Below, one piece after another: positions 46,401 to 56,951 of a stretch of 64,000 nucleotides of DNA. The notes under the pieces were generated by a model that was given only the letters and a program-made list of their open reading frames with translations, did not search any database and was not told the origin of the DNA. Source of the DNA: an uncultured Gammaproteobacteria bacterium (lineage in GTDB: Bacteria; Patescibacteriota; Patescibacteriia; Magasanikbacterales; UBA922); NCBI GenBank assembly GCA_964597575.1, contig CAZQXB010000001.1, forward strand, positions 842,892 to 906,891, in the 5' to 3' direction. The position numbers and the translations under genes are program-made. How positions within the stretch are numbered: position 1 is the first letter of the stretch; every line of letters begins with the position of its first letter.

Positions 46401-49400
46401 CGACAGGATTGCTTGTCACAGAACCCTCTTTGGAACTGTGGTTGTGATTTCTCACAAAATTCAAGCGGAGCATTTGTCGCAGGGTCAACATCGATTACCA
46501 AGTTCGCTGCAACAGCAGCATCTTCGCCACATGCTAAATCTGACAACCCGGTACAACTCGCGTTACATCTTCCATACTGCTGCCCATTCACTCGGCCATC
46601 GTCACACACTTCTGGAGCTTCAATAACCCCATTACCGCAAAGGCCCGTTGCTCGGCACTGACCAAGCACAAGCCGGCACTCATTCGTACACTCAGTGGTG
46701 CGAATTTGCCCAGCCGAACAACCGTTCGTCGTAGTGCCTCGGCTATTCGCCGGATTATCACATTCTTCGCCTGGGTTAATAATTCCATTTCCGCAAACAC
46801 CTGCAGACGGACTTTGTGGGGTACCCACGCACCAACGCGTTACAGATAAACGATCAGTATCCAAAAGACCATCCACAATACCGGTTTCACCTGAAAAATA
46901 TTCAAGTGGAACATGGAGCTGGTAATTGGTGCCGTCGGCACGAACACTATATTCGTACATACTTGCCGAAGCTGGGCATTGAAATGTCGCCACATCAGGG
47001 CTCCAGCAAGTTTGAGGGTCAATCCCATCACACCCACTCCATGTGTTTAACGGGTCACTTGGGATAGCTCCACCAAGCGCCCCGGCGAGCGTACCACCCC
47101 AAGATGGCCAACGAGAATTGGTATATCCTGGAATATATGTCCCCGAATTAAGCACAGGAAAACGACCACCATTGAGAAGTGAGGCATTCAACGCTAAGTT
47201 CTGGAATGAGCTTGCATCCTGCAAACGATCCCAGTCACGAAGCATCTTCGTGCGTGCATTTGCACAGATACGATTTCCAGGAAGAGCACTGCACTGACTA
47301 TCAACGGAACAAGCGATATTACTCTGAAGATCTGGTGTTGAAATATCTTCCCGATCTGTTCCATTACCGACGGAACAGTACCCAACATCGCTCAAGTTAA
47401 TGTTGAAACGAATGGAGTTAACAAGAGAGGTGAAGACTCGTTTTGTATTATCAGAAGCATCTGCATTTACCGTAAAAAGATACACGAAACTTCCCACTTC
47501 ATTGCGCTCTGACTCATCATACTGATTAAGCGCATTAATGTAGTACGTATTTCCATCAGTGAGGGCTTCGTACCCATCAACAGTAACGGAACGCATGGTT
47601 GATGGAACTTCACCAAACTTCTCACGATACCACTGTCGAAGAGGACGGAGAGATGACACTGTTGGACCACCACTAGCGACCGGAACCGGCGGCACAACAG
47701 GAGCTGATCGAGTTAGGGTAAAACGAGTCGAGAAACCTTGTGCCTGCGTCCCTTCTTCCACCACAATAATTTCATACAAACTATCTGGAGCTGGCTGAAG
47801 AACTCTCTGAGGAATGGTGATATAAGCCGAACCATCATTTACGATGTTACCCGTGAGATCAATCTGACCATTAGTGTCATTTGAATAAGCGTAACGTCCT
47901 TGGTCGTCGAGAACAAGCAGAAGGAGACTCAGTCGCACCTGCTGACCTGGCTGACCACCTCTCCACTGAATAAGCACGGGTTCGCCGATTGGGAAATCTG
48001 ATCTGGTTGCAGCCGAGTCAACAAACCGAAGAGCTCCTCCGTCTGGAGTGACAGCGGGCGGAAGAGGAAGATTCGGAGCTGCTGGAGGTGGCGGTGGCGT
48101 CGCTGACCCACCTACGGCACGAGTCGTGTTGTTAAAAATCTGGAATCCAATAGCATCATCATTTTTTTCATTAAAGAAGAAAATACGACGCACAGAATCT
48201 CCAAATGGAGGAATAGGTGAAGTACCATTCGCACCTAAAATGCTTGGTCGCAAATATGGCAAGTCGTCTGTTATATCACCTGTTCTTCCGGCATCAGCGC
48301 AGTATCCGAATCGAACATTTCCGAAAATAGTATCACTACCGAGGGCAATACCTGGAATTGACTGGCCCGTAAATACACCGCCCGTGTAATCATCGTTGTT
48401 CGCGTTTCTTCCTCGCGAAACCCCATCTTCATACGGATAAATTCCACGCGGTGGCCACGGACGTTCACAGAAAAACGTGATTAATTCTGCAGTGTCAGAA
48501 AAACGTGGAAGAGTTGTGCCAGTAGCCGCCAAACGATCTTCTGTCACGCGAAGTTCAGCCACTAATGTTCCTGTTTCCCCTTGACCCAAGTTGCGAGAAC
48601 GGACCGTTGCCTGGTCTGACGCACCAGTATTTCCTGCGGCTGGAATTACAAACGCTGGGTGGGTTGATGGACCCCAGCTCCACACCCAATTATAAATTCC
48701 AGGAATTGGTGCGATGGCGCGGTTGTTCAATGTTCTCGCTGTCGCAATAAAATCGGTTGAAGTGTTTGGAGCTGTAAAAAGATATGATTCCGGTTCCACG
48801 GTCACAGACTCTACACGACACACATCTCCCGTTTGTGTACGGAACACCCAAGAACTTGCGGACGTACCGACGGAGTTTGTATCCGGGCGAATGCCTACCC
48901 CTCGAGTATTTTCTATACCATTTACCCCACCCTGAAGAAGGACGGCGTATGTAGTACCCGCATCAAGAAGTGAAGTAAGCTGCAAACGAACTCGCGTTTC
49001 TGTAACAACACCACTTGCGTCGGTTACCGGAGTGACGGTTGGAACAAATCGAATCTGCCCACCACACCAAGATCCTACGTTTATTTGATCCGGTCGAAGA
49101 GCCGAAGCAAATGCCTGCCCCTCAAGTAGTGCGCGGAAAAAATATCGAACACGATAAATCGTTCCACGGAAAAATCCTTCTGGTGGATTTTCGTACGCGA
49201 GTGTACCGCGGACCACAGTGGTCACATCATCGTTCGTCCCCTGACATGGCACTGCTGAGGCACCGACCGCATACCCTCGCGCAATCAAGATATTGTCTTG
49301 AAGTGATGCTTCATCAATTTCACCAGAAAGCGTAAATTCAATGAGGGTATTTCTACATGCCGCTTCAGACCCATTAAACCCGGTTCCGTCTGCAGGATAA

Positions 49401-52400
49401 GTAGAGGTACGCTCAGGACGAAGTTGGCAACATGAATTCGTACCAACCCCATATCGATTCAAAGCATTCCCACTATTTTGGGGGCAATTATTATATTGAT
49501 TCGCTTGTGGAGCATTATTTGCATACTCTTCAAAACCACATTGAAGTGCGTACGCACCACTGCCTCGTACCGAAAGGGTTCTCCCCCCGGTCGTTGCGAT
49601 GGCTTCGGCCTGGATTGTCGTTTCTTGTCGGCCGTCCGCAGGGATGTTTGTAGAAGCGCCAACTGCAGTCACAATCTGCGTTGCATTTTGACCAAGTGGT
49701 ACCCGTGTTCCAAGATCACCTGGTTGATACTCACACATTGCGTACTCCCCTATCCCTCGAACACCGTCTCCACACAATGAAGGTGTGCCGTACGAAATAT
49801 CTGAGCCACGCAAGGTACAATTCTCTGTACACCCTTCGGCGTTTCGATCACAACGGAATGTATTTGGAATAGTAGTTTCACTGCAAATATTTCCAAGTAA
49901 ACACCGTGAGGAGCATACACCAACATCTTGGACCGCAATAGGATTTGGTTCGCCATATACGCGAATCGTACCAGCGCTTCCAGGATTTCCTGTAACAATT
50001 TCACATGCCTCACCGCGATTAACAACCCCATCACCGCAAATACTCACTCCCCGATTGCGGCAAGCAGAAACAACCTCAGCCGAAGTACCCACAAGAGGTC
50101 GCGATTCACACCAACTTGCAGCAAGCGATGGTACACCGATATTCAAACACGTAGAGGTACAGCTTTCGTTCTCAACTGCCCCGTTTACTCCTGGTTCACA
50201 CTCTTCTCCTGGGGAAACAGTTCGATCACCACAAAACGGCGCACCGCTTGTTGCAATACCCGGAGTAAAGCGATCACTTGTCCCTGTTCTTAAACATCGT
50301 TCGTTACAAAAACGTACATCAGGGCTCCCTGTGGCCGGATCACACTCCTCACCACCTTCAACGGTGGCGTTACCACACTGGCCAGGTCCGGTACCACGAT
50401 TCGTATTTCCGGGTCGAAGACAGGTGAGGGTACAGGTTGTACCAACCACTTCTCCATTCGCTGCCACATCACAGTCTTCACCAACATCAATACGTCCGTT
50501 ACCACACATTGATCGGTTCGGCGCACCTACAGCCAACGTTGAACCGAGTGGAATACAGGTTGCGGTACACTGACTTCGTGGTGACCCAAGGCTTGAAAAG
50601 GTAGTAACACGGGCAACGGCCGGATCAGCACTTCCCCAGCGCCATCCAAATAACCAAGGGTTTAATTCTTGCCCCAAAGCACTGCATTGATCTGGGGAAC
50701 TTTGTGGAAGAGCAACATATCCGGTAGTTTCGCCAATAGTTGTTGCAGTAAAAGGAGTTGGCTCCACCTGAACACTCGCGGCCACACAGAATCCATCACT
50801 CGATTTTGTACGGAATCTCCAAGAGAACGGAGCGAGAGGATTTCCAGGATTGGTTGAACCGATGGCAGATTGCGCACGAATCGTATCCGCGACAGTAACA
50901 AGGTACCAGGTATTTTCAAGAAGTGGTGTTTGCGAAGGTGGAGCAAACCGATACAACATTGGGTTACCGCCCTCAACCACATCAAAAAAGATTTCTTCGG
51001 CTCTGACCGCACACAAAGCGTCGGCACAGCGATACATACGCACAGCGCCCGGATACGTATCTGGAAGCATCATTTGGTTAAATCGGATACCGATACCCGC
51101 ATTCGTACATGACTCACTACAATTTGGCCAAAAACCAACCACCCGTGGATCCCCAAGATCAACGGTAAGAGTACTTACCGCCGTAATAACTGGGGCACCT
51201 GGTTGGCTTGACACAGCTCGGATTTGAGCCGTATTCGGAGCACTGTTTGCAAGTGCCGTAACCGTTGCTCGTGAATCAGTAAAATCAGGAGGATCACGGT
51301 CAAGAAGAACTCGTGCATACGCATTTCCTGGGGCTGGCACTGACCAATTCCACCCTAAACCATCCGCACGAATAACAGTACACGCTTCATTCGGAGCACC
51401 CCACACATAGTAATAGAAAGGATGTGGCGGGCTAAGCACATTCGTCGTCACGCGAGGATAGCTTGGGTCCTGGAGCATCCCAAGCATGTTTGTCGTGTAT
51501 GTTGGAGGACGAATGAACGCATTCGCAATTTCACACCGACGACTCCCTGCTTGGAAGGTAAAGCAATAGGCAGTTCCTGCGCCACACGGACGAGTCGCCA
51601 AAATCGGTTCGTTTACCGTAACTTGTCGACTTAAAATTTCTCTTGTTTCGTTCGAACGGATACCCGACCCGAGTTCAACACGATACCACGTGTCTGCGGT
51701 AAGCACAGCTCCTGCACCACGTGGACGAGCAACGACATTCGGATTCTCATATCGGATATCGAATTGATCGGTAACATTCACCCGATTTGAACAGTTCGCA
51801 CTGGTGCCATTTCCACAAGTATAGATACGCGTATTCGCGACAACACTTGCCGGATCCATTTCCACAGTAAACCGGGCATTAATTTCCGCATTGATACACG
51901 CGGCTCCACGGAGAGTTTGAACATCTGGGGTTGGAGACGGCATGGTTGAAGAACCCTGTTCACAAAATTCGTCCACTTGTGGCAAACGACTTAATTGCCC
52001 AGTGGTAAAACGCCATACATATCCGGCATTCCGACTCTCTCCAGGACACGATTGATTTTCTGGGAGAAAACTTCCATCGGTGCAGCAACGAAGTCCAGCA
52101 GGAATCTGACTTTGCGGCAAGGCTCGGCAATCTTCTACGGTATAGGTCAAACTATTTGATAACTGACCACCTGAACCAACCCGAATTGGACCAGTTTGCA
52201 TCGTTACACCGTTTCTCTCAGGAATTGGGGTCAGAATCTGCGTCGCAGTAAGAATTTGGGCTTCAGGAGCACGAGTTGAGAGCCACGTTGTGACATCATT
52301 CGCCACAGCGCCGCGCGTCCAAAAATAGGTTGTCGCTGCTGCTGCAAAATTAACCCCGGTTAAAGTAAGACCTGGGCTTGCAGGAGCAAGTGGAGCTGGA

Positions 52401-54802
52401 CCACGTGCAGGGGAAATACGACAAAGACCAGGGCGAGGGGTACCGGCCTGAACAGTGAGGCGCGCCGTGTTAGCTAATTGAGTTTGAAGACCATTCGTCG
52501 TTCTGACCGTTACATACCACTGACCCGGAGCAAGAGTTGTAGGAACTTGAACCACAACACTCTCGGGAGTCCAGGTATCACCACACGCCGGAGGCAAAGT
52601 CACTTGTGCCGCCACACAGCCAGCGGGCATGTTTGGGGGTGCACAAACGAGGCTAATATCATTCGCAAAATAAACATTCCCTGTAGCTCCCCCGAATCCC
52701 CGACCAGCAAGTGTAATCAAACTCCCCGGGGTCGTGGTTTCAGGGTCAATCGCAGTAATAGAAGGCAGTGAAGCATCGTCCGGAGAAAGAATGGTAAACG
52801 GAACAGCATTACTTGAAACTCCATCGATAACTGCAGCCACAGAAACAACTCCGGGTCGGAGGCCGGCTGGTACGCGAGTATCAACACGTGCATCCGCCCA
52901 CGAAGTGACTGGTGCACTGGCAAGCCCGAAACGAAGCTCACGATTTGTGCCCCCTGAAAACTGCCCAATAGCACGGGCATCCGTTGAAGGAAGTCCGGCT
53001 GAAACACCAGCGCCGACTTCTACACGACATAAACGAGGACGATTGGTCGTATTTTTCAAAAACAAGCCGTTACGAGTACCCCCACGAGGACCACGACTAT
53101 CGATCGTGGTATCAGTAAGAGTATTATTATCCGCTCGAACGATACGAATCGCAGAAAAAGACCCTTGCGGCAAGGCCGCGTCTCCTGGGACTTCAACCAC
53201 GGTATATGTGTCAGTCCAAGTAACCGCTCCACCACACGTTGCAGGAGCGGCCGTAATCCATTCGGCACCAGCAATCGTACCACTATTATCACGATCAATT
53301 CCGAATTGAACTTGCCCTGGAGTTGTTCCAAAAAAACGACCACTAACCGTCACCCATGAACCGGCCGCGGCATCCCACGGATCAACATTCGTAATAAGCG
53401 GACTCGATACACACTGTCCTGAAACACACTGCCCAGATGCACATTGCCAATTTTGCGCACACTGCCCAACCCCTTGGCAGGAACCGCCAGCATCAACGTC
53501 CGTTTCGTCGCCATCTTGGACACCGTTACCACAATGCGCTGCCACGCTTACAAAAGTAGTACTTGCGGTTGCGCGATTTCCATCAATGTCATAGGCAGTC
53601 GCTGTAACAACATATCGCTCACCCGGACGAGTATTTGCGGCCAAAAATAAACGGTATGTGTATACGAATGGATCAAGAACTGTCGTTCCAGATCCACGCG
53701 CAATGGTTGGGCCACCAACCGAAACAATCGAGGCCGCTCGGCCTTCTTGACCAATATCAAGCCGAACGTACCCTGCACCCGTATTGTCGGTCATTGGTAC
53801 TGAAATTTCCACTTCACGATTCACGGGAAGTGGCTGATCATTAGCACGAACACCATCGACAGAAATACCACCGGGAATAACCGGAGCGGTAACATCGAGA
53901 GTGTTTGGCGTATTTACTCGAAACGTTGCTTCTCGTGGAAAGTTGCCACAGGCAACAGATTCTTGAATGCTTCCCCCACGAGCATCGACCACGGTATTGC
54001 GAACACTGACACGGTATTCCCCTGAAGGCATACACCCATTTGTGCCGGCACACACCGTAGCACCCGTATAGGTAGCTTCAAGCACTTGGTTCGCTGGATC
54101 AGCAAAACGGAAAGAGAAGTCAGTCACGGGTTCGCCGTCTCGCGTAATGGTAACCACCTGATTCGCAGCGGTTCGAACACCACGGCTAAACACCACACGA
54201 ATAGTGGCGTTATTCATGTTTGTTGTTTCTGTGCGTGGGGTGATACTCTGCACGATAAAATTATCACGGCCGCAGCACCATGACGGATTTGAGGAGCAAT
54301 TAAGCGATGGCCCGGTTCGCCCACACAATTCGTCGTACCGTGGGTCATTTGCTAACGCAAGATCAGCACAACTTGCAAGAGGATCACTTTGCCCCAAACC
54401 CGTTGCTCCCTGAAGCCGAGTTAACACGAAACGGCTGATGGCAAAAGCAGAAAGAACAATCACAAGACCAATTGCCCCGTTCATAAGGATTTTACGCGCG
54501 TCCTCCACCTTACCCTCATCCCCTCCTGCGGTCATGTACGTAATACCACCATAGATCACGATACCAACTGCAATAACCGAAAGAAGGCCGAGAAAAATAT
54601 TAATAATCCGAGCCACGATGACACGGATATCGGTTCCGGCTAAATTACTCGCACCGTCAAATGCCGTTACCCCAAGCGCATCATTTGCTTCTTGCGCAAA
54701 TGTGATCTGAGGAAGAAAAACAAAAACGGCTGCTAGGAAAATGAAAAAGGAAATAGCGTGCAGGGCGCGGGCTCGAGAAAAAAAAGACATGAGGCGGGAC
54801 AT
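43445..54802 (-). CDS. Giant (~3,785 aa) surface protein with VirB2/TrbC-like pilin, Ig-like/IPT, Cys-rich CGNG repeats and a BNR beta-propeller
   Basis: Start moved to MSRLMS; pilin-like YGGITYMTAGGDE.KVEDARKIL.NGAIGL; many CG(N/D)G..E.CD repeats; five (R/S/A)T..(G/A/S)G..W Asp-box-like repeats. Confidence 0.85.
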   Translation of the reverse strand: MSRLMSFFSRARALHAISFFIFLAAVFVFLPQITFAQEANDALGVTAFDGASNLAGTDIRVIVARIINIFLGLLSVIAVGIVIYGGITYMTAGGDEGKVEDARKILMNGAIGLVIVLSAFAISRFVLTRLQGATGLGQSDPLASCADLALANDPRYDELCGRTGPSLNCSSNPSWCCGRDNFIVQSITPRTETTNMNNATIRVVFSRGVRTAANQVVTITRDGEPVTDFSFRFADPANQVLEATYTGATVCAGTNGCMPSGEYRVSVRNTVVDARGGSIQESVACGNFPREATFRVNTPNTLDVTAPVIPGGISVDGVRANDQPLPVNREVEISVPMTDNTGAGYVRLDIGQEGRAASIVSVGGPTIARGSGTTVLDPFVYTYRLFLAANTRPGERYVVTATAYDIDGNRATASTTFVSVAAHCGNGVQDGDETDVDAGGSCQGVGQCAQNWQCASGQCVSGQCVSSPLITNVDPWDAAAGSWVTVSGRFFGTTPGQVQFGIDRDNSGTIAGAEWITAAPATCGGAVTWTDTYTVVEVPGDAALPQGSFSAIRIVRADNNTLTDTTIDSRGPRGGTRNGLFLKNTTNRPRLCRVEVGAGVSAGLPSTDARAIGQFSGGTNRELRFGLASAPVTSWADARVDTRVPAGLRPGVVSVAAVIDGVSSNAVPFTILSPDDASLPSITAIDPETTTPGSLITLAGRGFGGATGNVYFANDISLVCAPPNMPAGCVAAQVTLPPACGDTWTPESVVVQVPTTLAPGQWYVTVRTTNGLQTQLANTARLTVQAGTPRPGLCRISPARGPAPLAPASPGLTLTGVNFAAAATTYFWTRGAVANDVTTWLSTRAPEAQILTATQILTPIPERNGVTMQTGPIRVGSGGQLSNSLTYTVEDCRALPQSQIPAGLRCCTDGSFLPENQSCPGESRNAGYVWRFTTGQLSRLPQVDEFCEQGSSTMPSPTPDVQTLRGAACINAEINARFTVEMDPASVVANTRIYTCGNGTSANCSNRVNVTDQFDIRYENPNVVARPRGAGAVLTADTWYRVELGSGIRSNETREILSRQVTVNEPILATRPCGAGTAYCFTFQAGSRRCEIANAFIRPPTYTTNMLGMLQDPSYPRVTTNVLSPPHPFYYYVWGAPNEACTVIRADGLGWNWSVPAPGNAYARVLLDRDPPDFTDSRATVTALANSAPNTAQIRAVSSQPGAPVITAVSTLTVDLGDPRVVGFWPNCSESCTNAGIGIRFNQMMLPDTYPGAVRMYRCADALCAVRAEEIFFDVVEGGNPMLYRFAPPSQTPLLENTWYLVTVADTIRAQSAIGSTNPGNPLAPFSWRFRTKSSDGFCVAASVQVEPTPFTATTIGETTGYVALPQSSPDQCSALGQELNPWLFGWRWGSADPAVARVTTFSSLGSPRSQCTATCIPLGSTLAVGAPNRSMCGNGRIDVGEDCDVAANGEVVGTTCTLTCLRPGNTNRGTGPGQCGNATVEGGEECDPATGSPDVRFCNERCLRTGTSDRFTPGIATSGAPFCGDRTVSPGEECEPGVNGAVENESCTSTCLNIGVPSLAASWCESRPLVGTSAEVVSACRNRGVSICGDGVVNRGEACEIVTGNPGSAGTIRVYGEPNPIAVQDVGVCSSRCLLGNICSETTIPNTFRCDRNAEGCTENCTLRGSDISYGTPSLCGDGVRGIGEYAMCEYQPGDLGTRVPLGQNATQIVTAVGASTNIPADGRQETTIQAEAIATTGGRTLSVRGSGAYALQCGFEEYANNAPQANQYNNCPQNSGNALNRYGVGTNSCCQLRPERTSTYPADGTGFNGSEAACRNTLIEFTLSGEIDEASLQDNILIARGYAVGASAVPCQGTNDDVTTVVRGTLAYENPPEGFFRGTIYRVRYFFRALLEGQAFASALRPDQINVGSWCGGQIRFVPTVTPVTDASGVVTETRVRLQLTSLLDAGTTYAVLLQGGVNGIENTRGVGIRPDTNSVGTSASSWVFRTQTGDVCRVESVTVEPESYLFTAPNTSTDFIATARTLNNRAIAPIPGIYNWVWSWGPSTHPAFVIPAAGNTGASDQATVRSRNLGQGETGTLVAELRVTEDRLAATGTTLPRFSDTAELITFFCERPWPPRGIYPYEDGVSRGRNANNDDYTGGVFTGQSIPGIALGSDTIFGNVRFGYCADAGRTGDITDDLPYLRPSILGANGTSPIPPFGDSVRRIFFFNEKNDDAIGFQIFNNTTRAVGGSATPPPPPAAPNLPLPPAVTPDGGALRFVDSAATRSDFPIGEPVLIQWRGGQPGQQVRLSLLLLVLDDQGRYAYSNDTNGQIDLTGNIVNDGSAYITIPQRVLQPAPDSLYEIIVVEEGTQAQGFSTRFTLTRSAPVVPPVPVASGGPTVSSLRPLRQWYREKFGEVPSTMRSVTVDGYEALTDGNTYYINALNQYDESERNEVGSFVYLFTVNADASDNTKRVFTSLVNSIRFNINLSDVGYCSVGNGTDREDISTPDLQSNIACSVDSQCSALPGNRICANARTKMLRDWDRLQDASSFQNLALNASLLNGGRFPVLNSGTYIPGYTNSRWPSWGGTLAGALGGAIPSDPLNTWSGCDGIDPQTCWSPDVATFQCPASASMYEYSVRADGTNYQLHVPLEYFSGETGIVDGLLDTDRLSVTRWCVGTPQSPSAGVCGNGIINPGEECDNPANSRGTTTNGCSAGQIRTTECTNECRLVLGQCRATGLCGNGVIEAPEVCDDGRVNGQQYGRCNASCTGLSDLACGEDAAVAANLVIDVDPATNAPLEFCEKSQPQFQRGFCDKQSCRDPRFDVTVVPLLTPNPGEIIGAQSLSVLGEQSAWAVMTDTAQNRASIMRFSGFGWSVSRQETGIILRGITFLNAQVGFAVGAQTGGSRNAILMRTSNGGANWTTREIPNTSGVVLQAVHAVSPTMVYVAGTGENVWRTENAGDTWSQQSYAPLAANTSISKLQFIDQQTGFAYGTAGFFSTTNGGLTWVAQRLPENPATEQVDFVFANRNLGYLVTDASRRVFRTTDSGVTWTSLDLPAPDRAIVSSAGPSAIALLDAQTVVVLDRIVLYQGFSGQAGYAAWATNNGGERWVVVSTPNNNGFVRTIEFAPGNQIIGLFRGLNQFLRFTRSTYCAAATACDQDSQCSSGDSCVLTARPTYHPLRGASCSFDCQATGGYCGDSFVNEPHEECDDGNTDNLDSCSNLCFRRTNVVISNPNAGPFCGDGIVQSNLGETCDEADANGLVPQNPPYGQRVTLCSAECTTVTRDPITYCGDGIVQRDAGEVCDTLSTGGVTTSTIANGPALTCSRGTLPTANRGAFSCQNNCRRLVDNCTVCGVIETCSAQQGLCRVNGSSSQPSCQDALCSSGANRVQCAPGQATNCRYTDNTNPICTNGLDDDGDGLVDCADFTGGGANPRIAVINPIVDYAQSGANAWGQSTEVSMLRASSTAGFVLQESSSAGGVILRTWAFRGLLGSRLLTEEVSALFSFRQPGSVFAYPANTARLNDQLNINTNNLCTDVYHLDINRMFIGSYSRAFGQPLTPQRRGSLFPFPVNGEQQEVTREFVFSPAVPPNVFRVVLRWSGAEDDGRFLGRLYHNDFSPVFGRIIDFSVADTQTRLSRTNYLCNNISLQTLRPNESYWWSTGCTTFNTSDGTARVFVHPQIQLEDTFVKALTIDLSQAQTSAPFQYFVDDSVRPMGRYVANPGLIVEVYEYQQDQDSARSVYAPRVFRIRNIAGTSSNPNANYWHVFNIVRNQATGTYEIRPVGPTGDGSIETDIVDIHNNT

Positions 54803-54818
54803 ATGGTAAAACAAGGGT

Positions 54819-56918
54819 CTATCGAACTCCAACCGGACTAATTGCCGGTCTCTGTAAAACAGAAATACATGCAGGAATATCTGCTTGTACTCGCAAATTT
54901 TGACCCCCTTCTTGCAGCTGGGTCGTCTGAATGCATCCGGTATCTTGATCCACATTCGTCTGAGGCAATACCGGTGCACAGTTAGTTGAACGAACCACTA
55001 CTCCGTCAGCATTTTCCTCGTAATCACACATGGTAGGAAGTCCAGGAGAATTTGCGATTGGTCCACGACCGGGGTAAAAACAATTCTGGTTTGCCCCGCG
55101 AACACTACTTGGAACACGGACAAAGTAGTAGAACGGCTGTCCATTTGGACCGAACATTCGATGACGAAGTGTTACACGCGTAGAGAGAATACCGAGTGCG
55201 TCTGAAACTGACTCTGCTATTGGAGCAACCCAAGGAGCCTCGATGCCAGCTGGTGCAGGGTGTTCAGTAAGGCCAATATCAAGCAGGGTCGAAGGCCACA
55301 TAGCGCCCGCAAACGTCATTTCCGTTGGAGCATCACTTTGTACCGCTTCTTCGTCAATCGCAGGGCGAACTTCTCGAATATACGGCACACTCCGATCAAT
55401 AAGCGGCTCTACTTCAAAACTCCACCAAAAGTTATCAGGCGCCTGTTCTGTTGCACTTGCCCGGAGACTGGTTACGATTGACGGCTTATGAGGGTCTGCG
55501 AGACGACCATCACCCGGAAAAACTCCATTTCCATTTCTCGCTCCGCTACTGCTATCAAGGGCATTCCCGGCCATATCCATAACCCCACTAAATGGTACGG
55601 CCTCAAAACTATTACCAATAACATCTGCGGTACGAATAAGAACCGTAAGTGGGTTTGCACAAGCAGCATTGCTGTCATCGGTACAAATGGTTGGCAAACA
55701 ATACATGGCATCACCGCAACTATTGCGGCCACACGGCTCACTTGGGATAAATTCAACTGACTGATATCCATTCGATACGCGCCATTCTCCAGATGGCATC
55801 ACCCCATTCGCTGCGCTTGATCCAAACACAATATGGGTAAATACACCGGTTTGCCCCTGCACCACTGTTGGATCCATGGCCTCATTAAACTGCACCTGTA
55901 CAATGGTATTGCGAGCAATATCTGAAGCGTGATTCGGATAAATTTGTGTAACGCGTGGCGGAATGGTGTCGAGTTCAGTATTAGTTTCAAAATTCCAGCT
56001 ATAGCGCTGCGCACGCTCATTCGCAAAGATACTCGCACTTCTATTTTGCACCTGAATACCAGTAAGCAAATCAACAGTGTAGCGTACAGCATCTGTTTCA
56101 TTCCCCAAAAGTTCGAGTGGGCGAAAAAGTACCGTTCGAACGGTTCCGTCTCCGGCATAGCTGAGAATTGCCGCAAGCTCCACCCCAGATGGAGTACCTG
56201 AGGCGGTTAAACGAACTGCGGCCGTGGCTCGATCACAATCAAGACTCCAGTCCATAGGGCGGGCAGCAGGGGTAACACAGTCACCGAAAATACCGTTTCC
56301 ATTTCTATCGTCAGCGATACTGCCAGGGTAAACAGCCTCACGAAAGGTAACTGAAATACGACTATTTCGTGGGACATCACGCTGATTTCGGAACGGATAA
56401 TGATCGCGCACAGCACGCCCAAGAGCCCCACTCGCAAAAAAGGTGTCGCCTGTATTTCCTTGAGCAACAAACGCACCAGAGCCTGTTCCTGTTGCTCCGG
56501 CGAAACGAGATAAAATAAATCGAGTAATCCCCCAAGCTGACATGATAATAATGAGCCCAATGATGGCATTGGTAATAATCCTTCGACCTTCAGCAACAGC
56601 ATCTTCATTTCCATTAGAAAAGAGAATCTTCCCCCCTGCGTATAAAATAAGCCCAACCGTAATAATTCCAAGTAACGTTAAGAAAATATTAATAATCCGC
56701 AAAGCAATCACCCGAATGTCGGTTCCAGCAAGTGGCAGGGCATTATCAAGCGCCGTTACGCCAAGGGCGTCTGTATTGTCAGGAACATTCTGAGCAAAAC
56801 TAACCGTCAAATCAAAGGCTCCAAAAAAGCTAGCAACAAAAAAGACTGCCACAAGAAGTACCCCGAGGGTATGTGCAGTCTTCTTTGAGAATATATATTG
56901 TGTGAACCCCGGAAGCAT
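54819..56918 (-). CDS. Pilin-headed surface protein with Ig-like (Big_5-like) domains
   Basis: Same pilin-like head (LAGTDIRVI..IINIFL); VPRNSRISVTF and RNTIVQVQFNEAMDP. Confidence 0.8.
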   Translation of the reverse strand: MLPGFTQYIFSKKTAHTLGVLLVAVFFVASFFGAFDLTVSFAQNVPDNTDALGVTALDNALPLAGTDIRVIALRIINIFLTLLGIITVGLILYAGGKILFSNGNEDAVAEGRRIITNAIIGLIIIMSAWGITRFILSRFAGATGTGSGAFVAQGNTGDTFFASGALGRAVRDHYPFRNQRDVPRNSRISVTFREAVYPGSIADDRNGNGIFGDCVTPAARPMDWSLDCDRATAAVRLTASGTPSGVELAAILSYAGDGTVRTVLFRPLELLGNETDAVRYTVDLLTGIQVQNRSASIFANERAQRYSWNFETNTELDTIPPRVTQIYPNHASDIARNTIVQVQFNEAMDPTVVQGQTGVFTHIVFGSSAANGVMPSGEWRVSNGYQSVEFIPSEPCGRNSCGDAMYCLPTICTDDSNAACANPLTVLIRTADVIGNSFEAVPFSGVMDMAGNALDSSSGARNGNGVFPGDGRLADPHKPSIVTSLRASATEQAPDNFWWSFEVEPLIDRSVPYIREVRPAIDEEAVQSDAPTEMTFAGAMWPSTLLDIGLTEHPAPAGIEAPWVAPIAESVSDALGILSTRVTLRHRMFGPNGQPFYYFVRVPSSVRGANQNCFYPGRGPIANSPGLPTMCDYEENADGVVVRSTNCAPVLPQTNVDQDTGCIQTTQLQEGGQNLRVQADIPACISVLQRPAISPVGVR

Positions 56919-56951
56919 GATACCAAGGAATCACGAATGAATCAGAACAAT

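Noticed and set aside
54803-54979. N-terminal 59 aa of the 3844-aa ORF
   Set aside because: It overlaps the upstream gene's 3' end, and the signal-like region begins at MSRLMS (54802).
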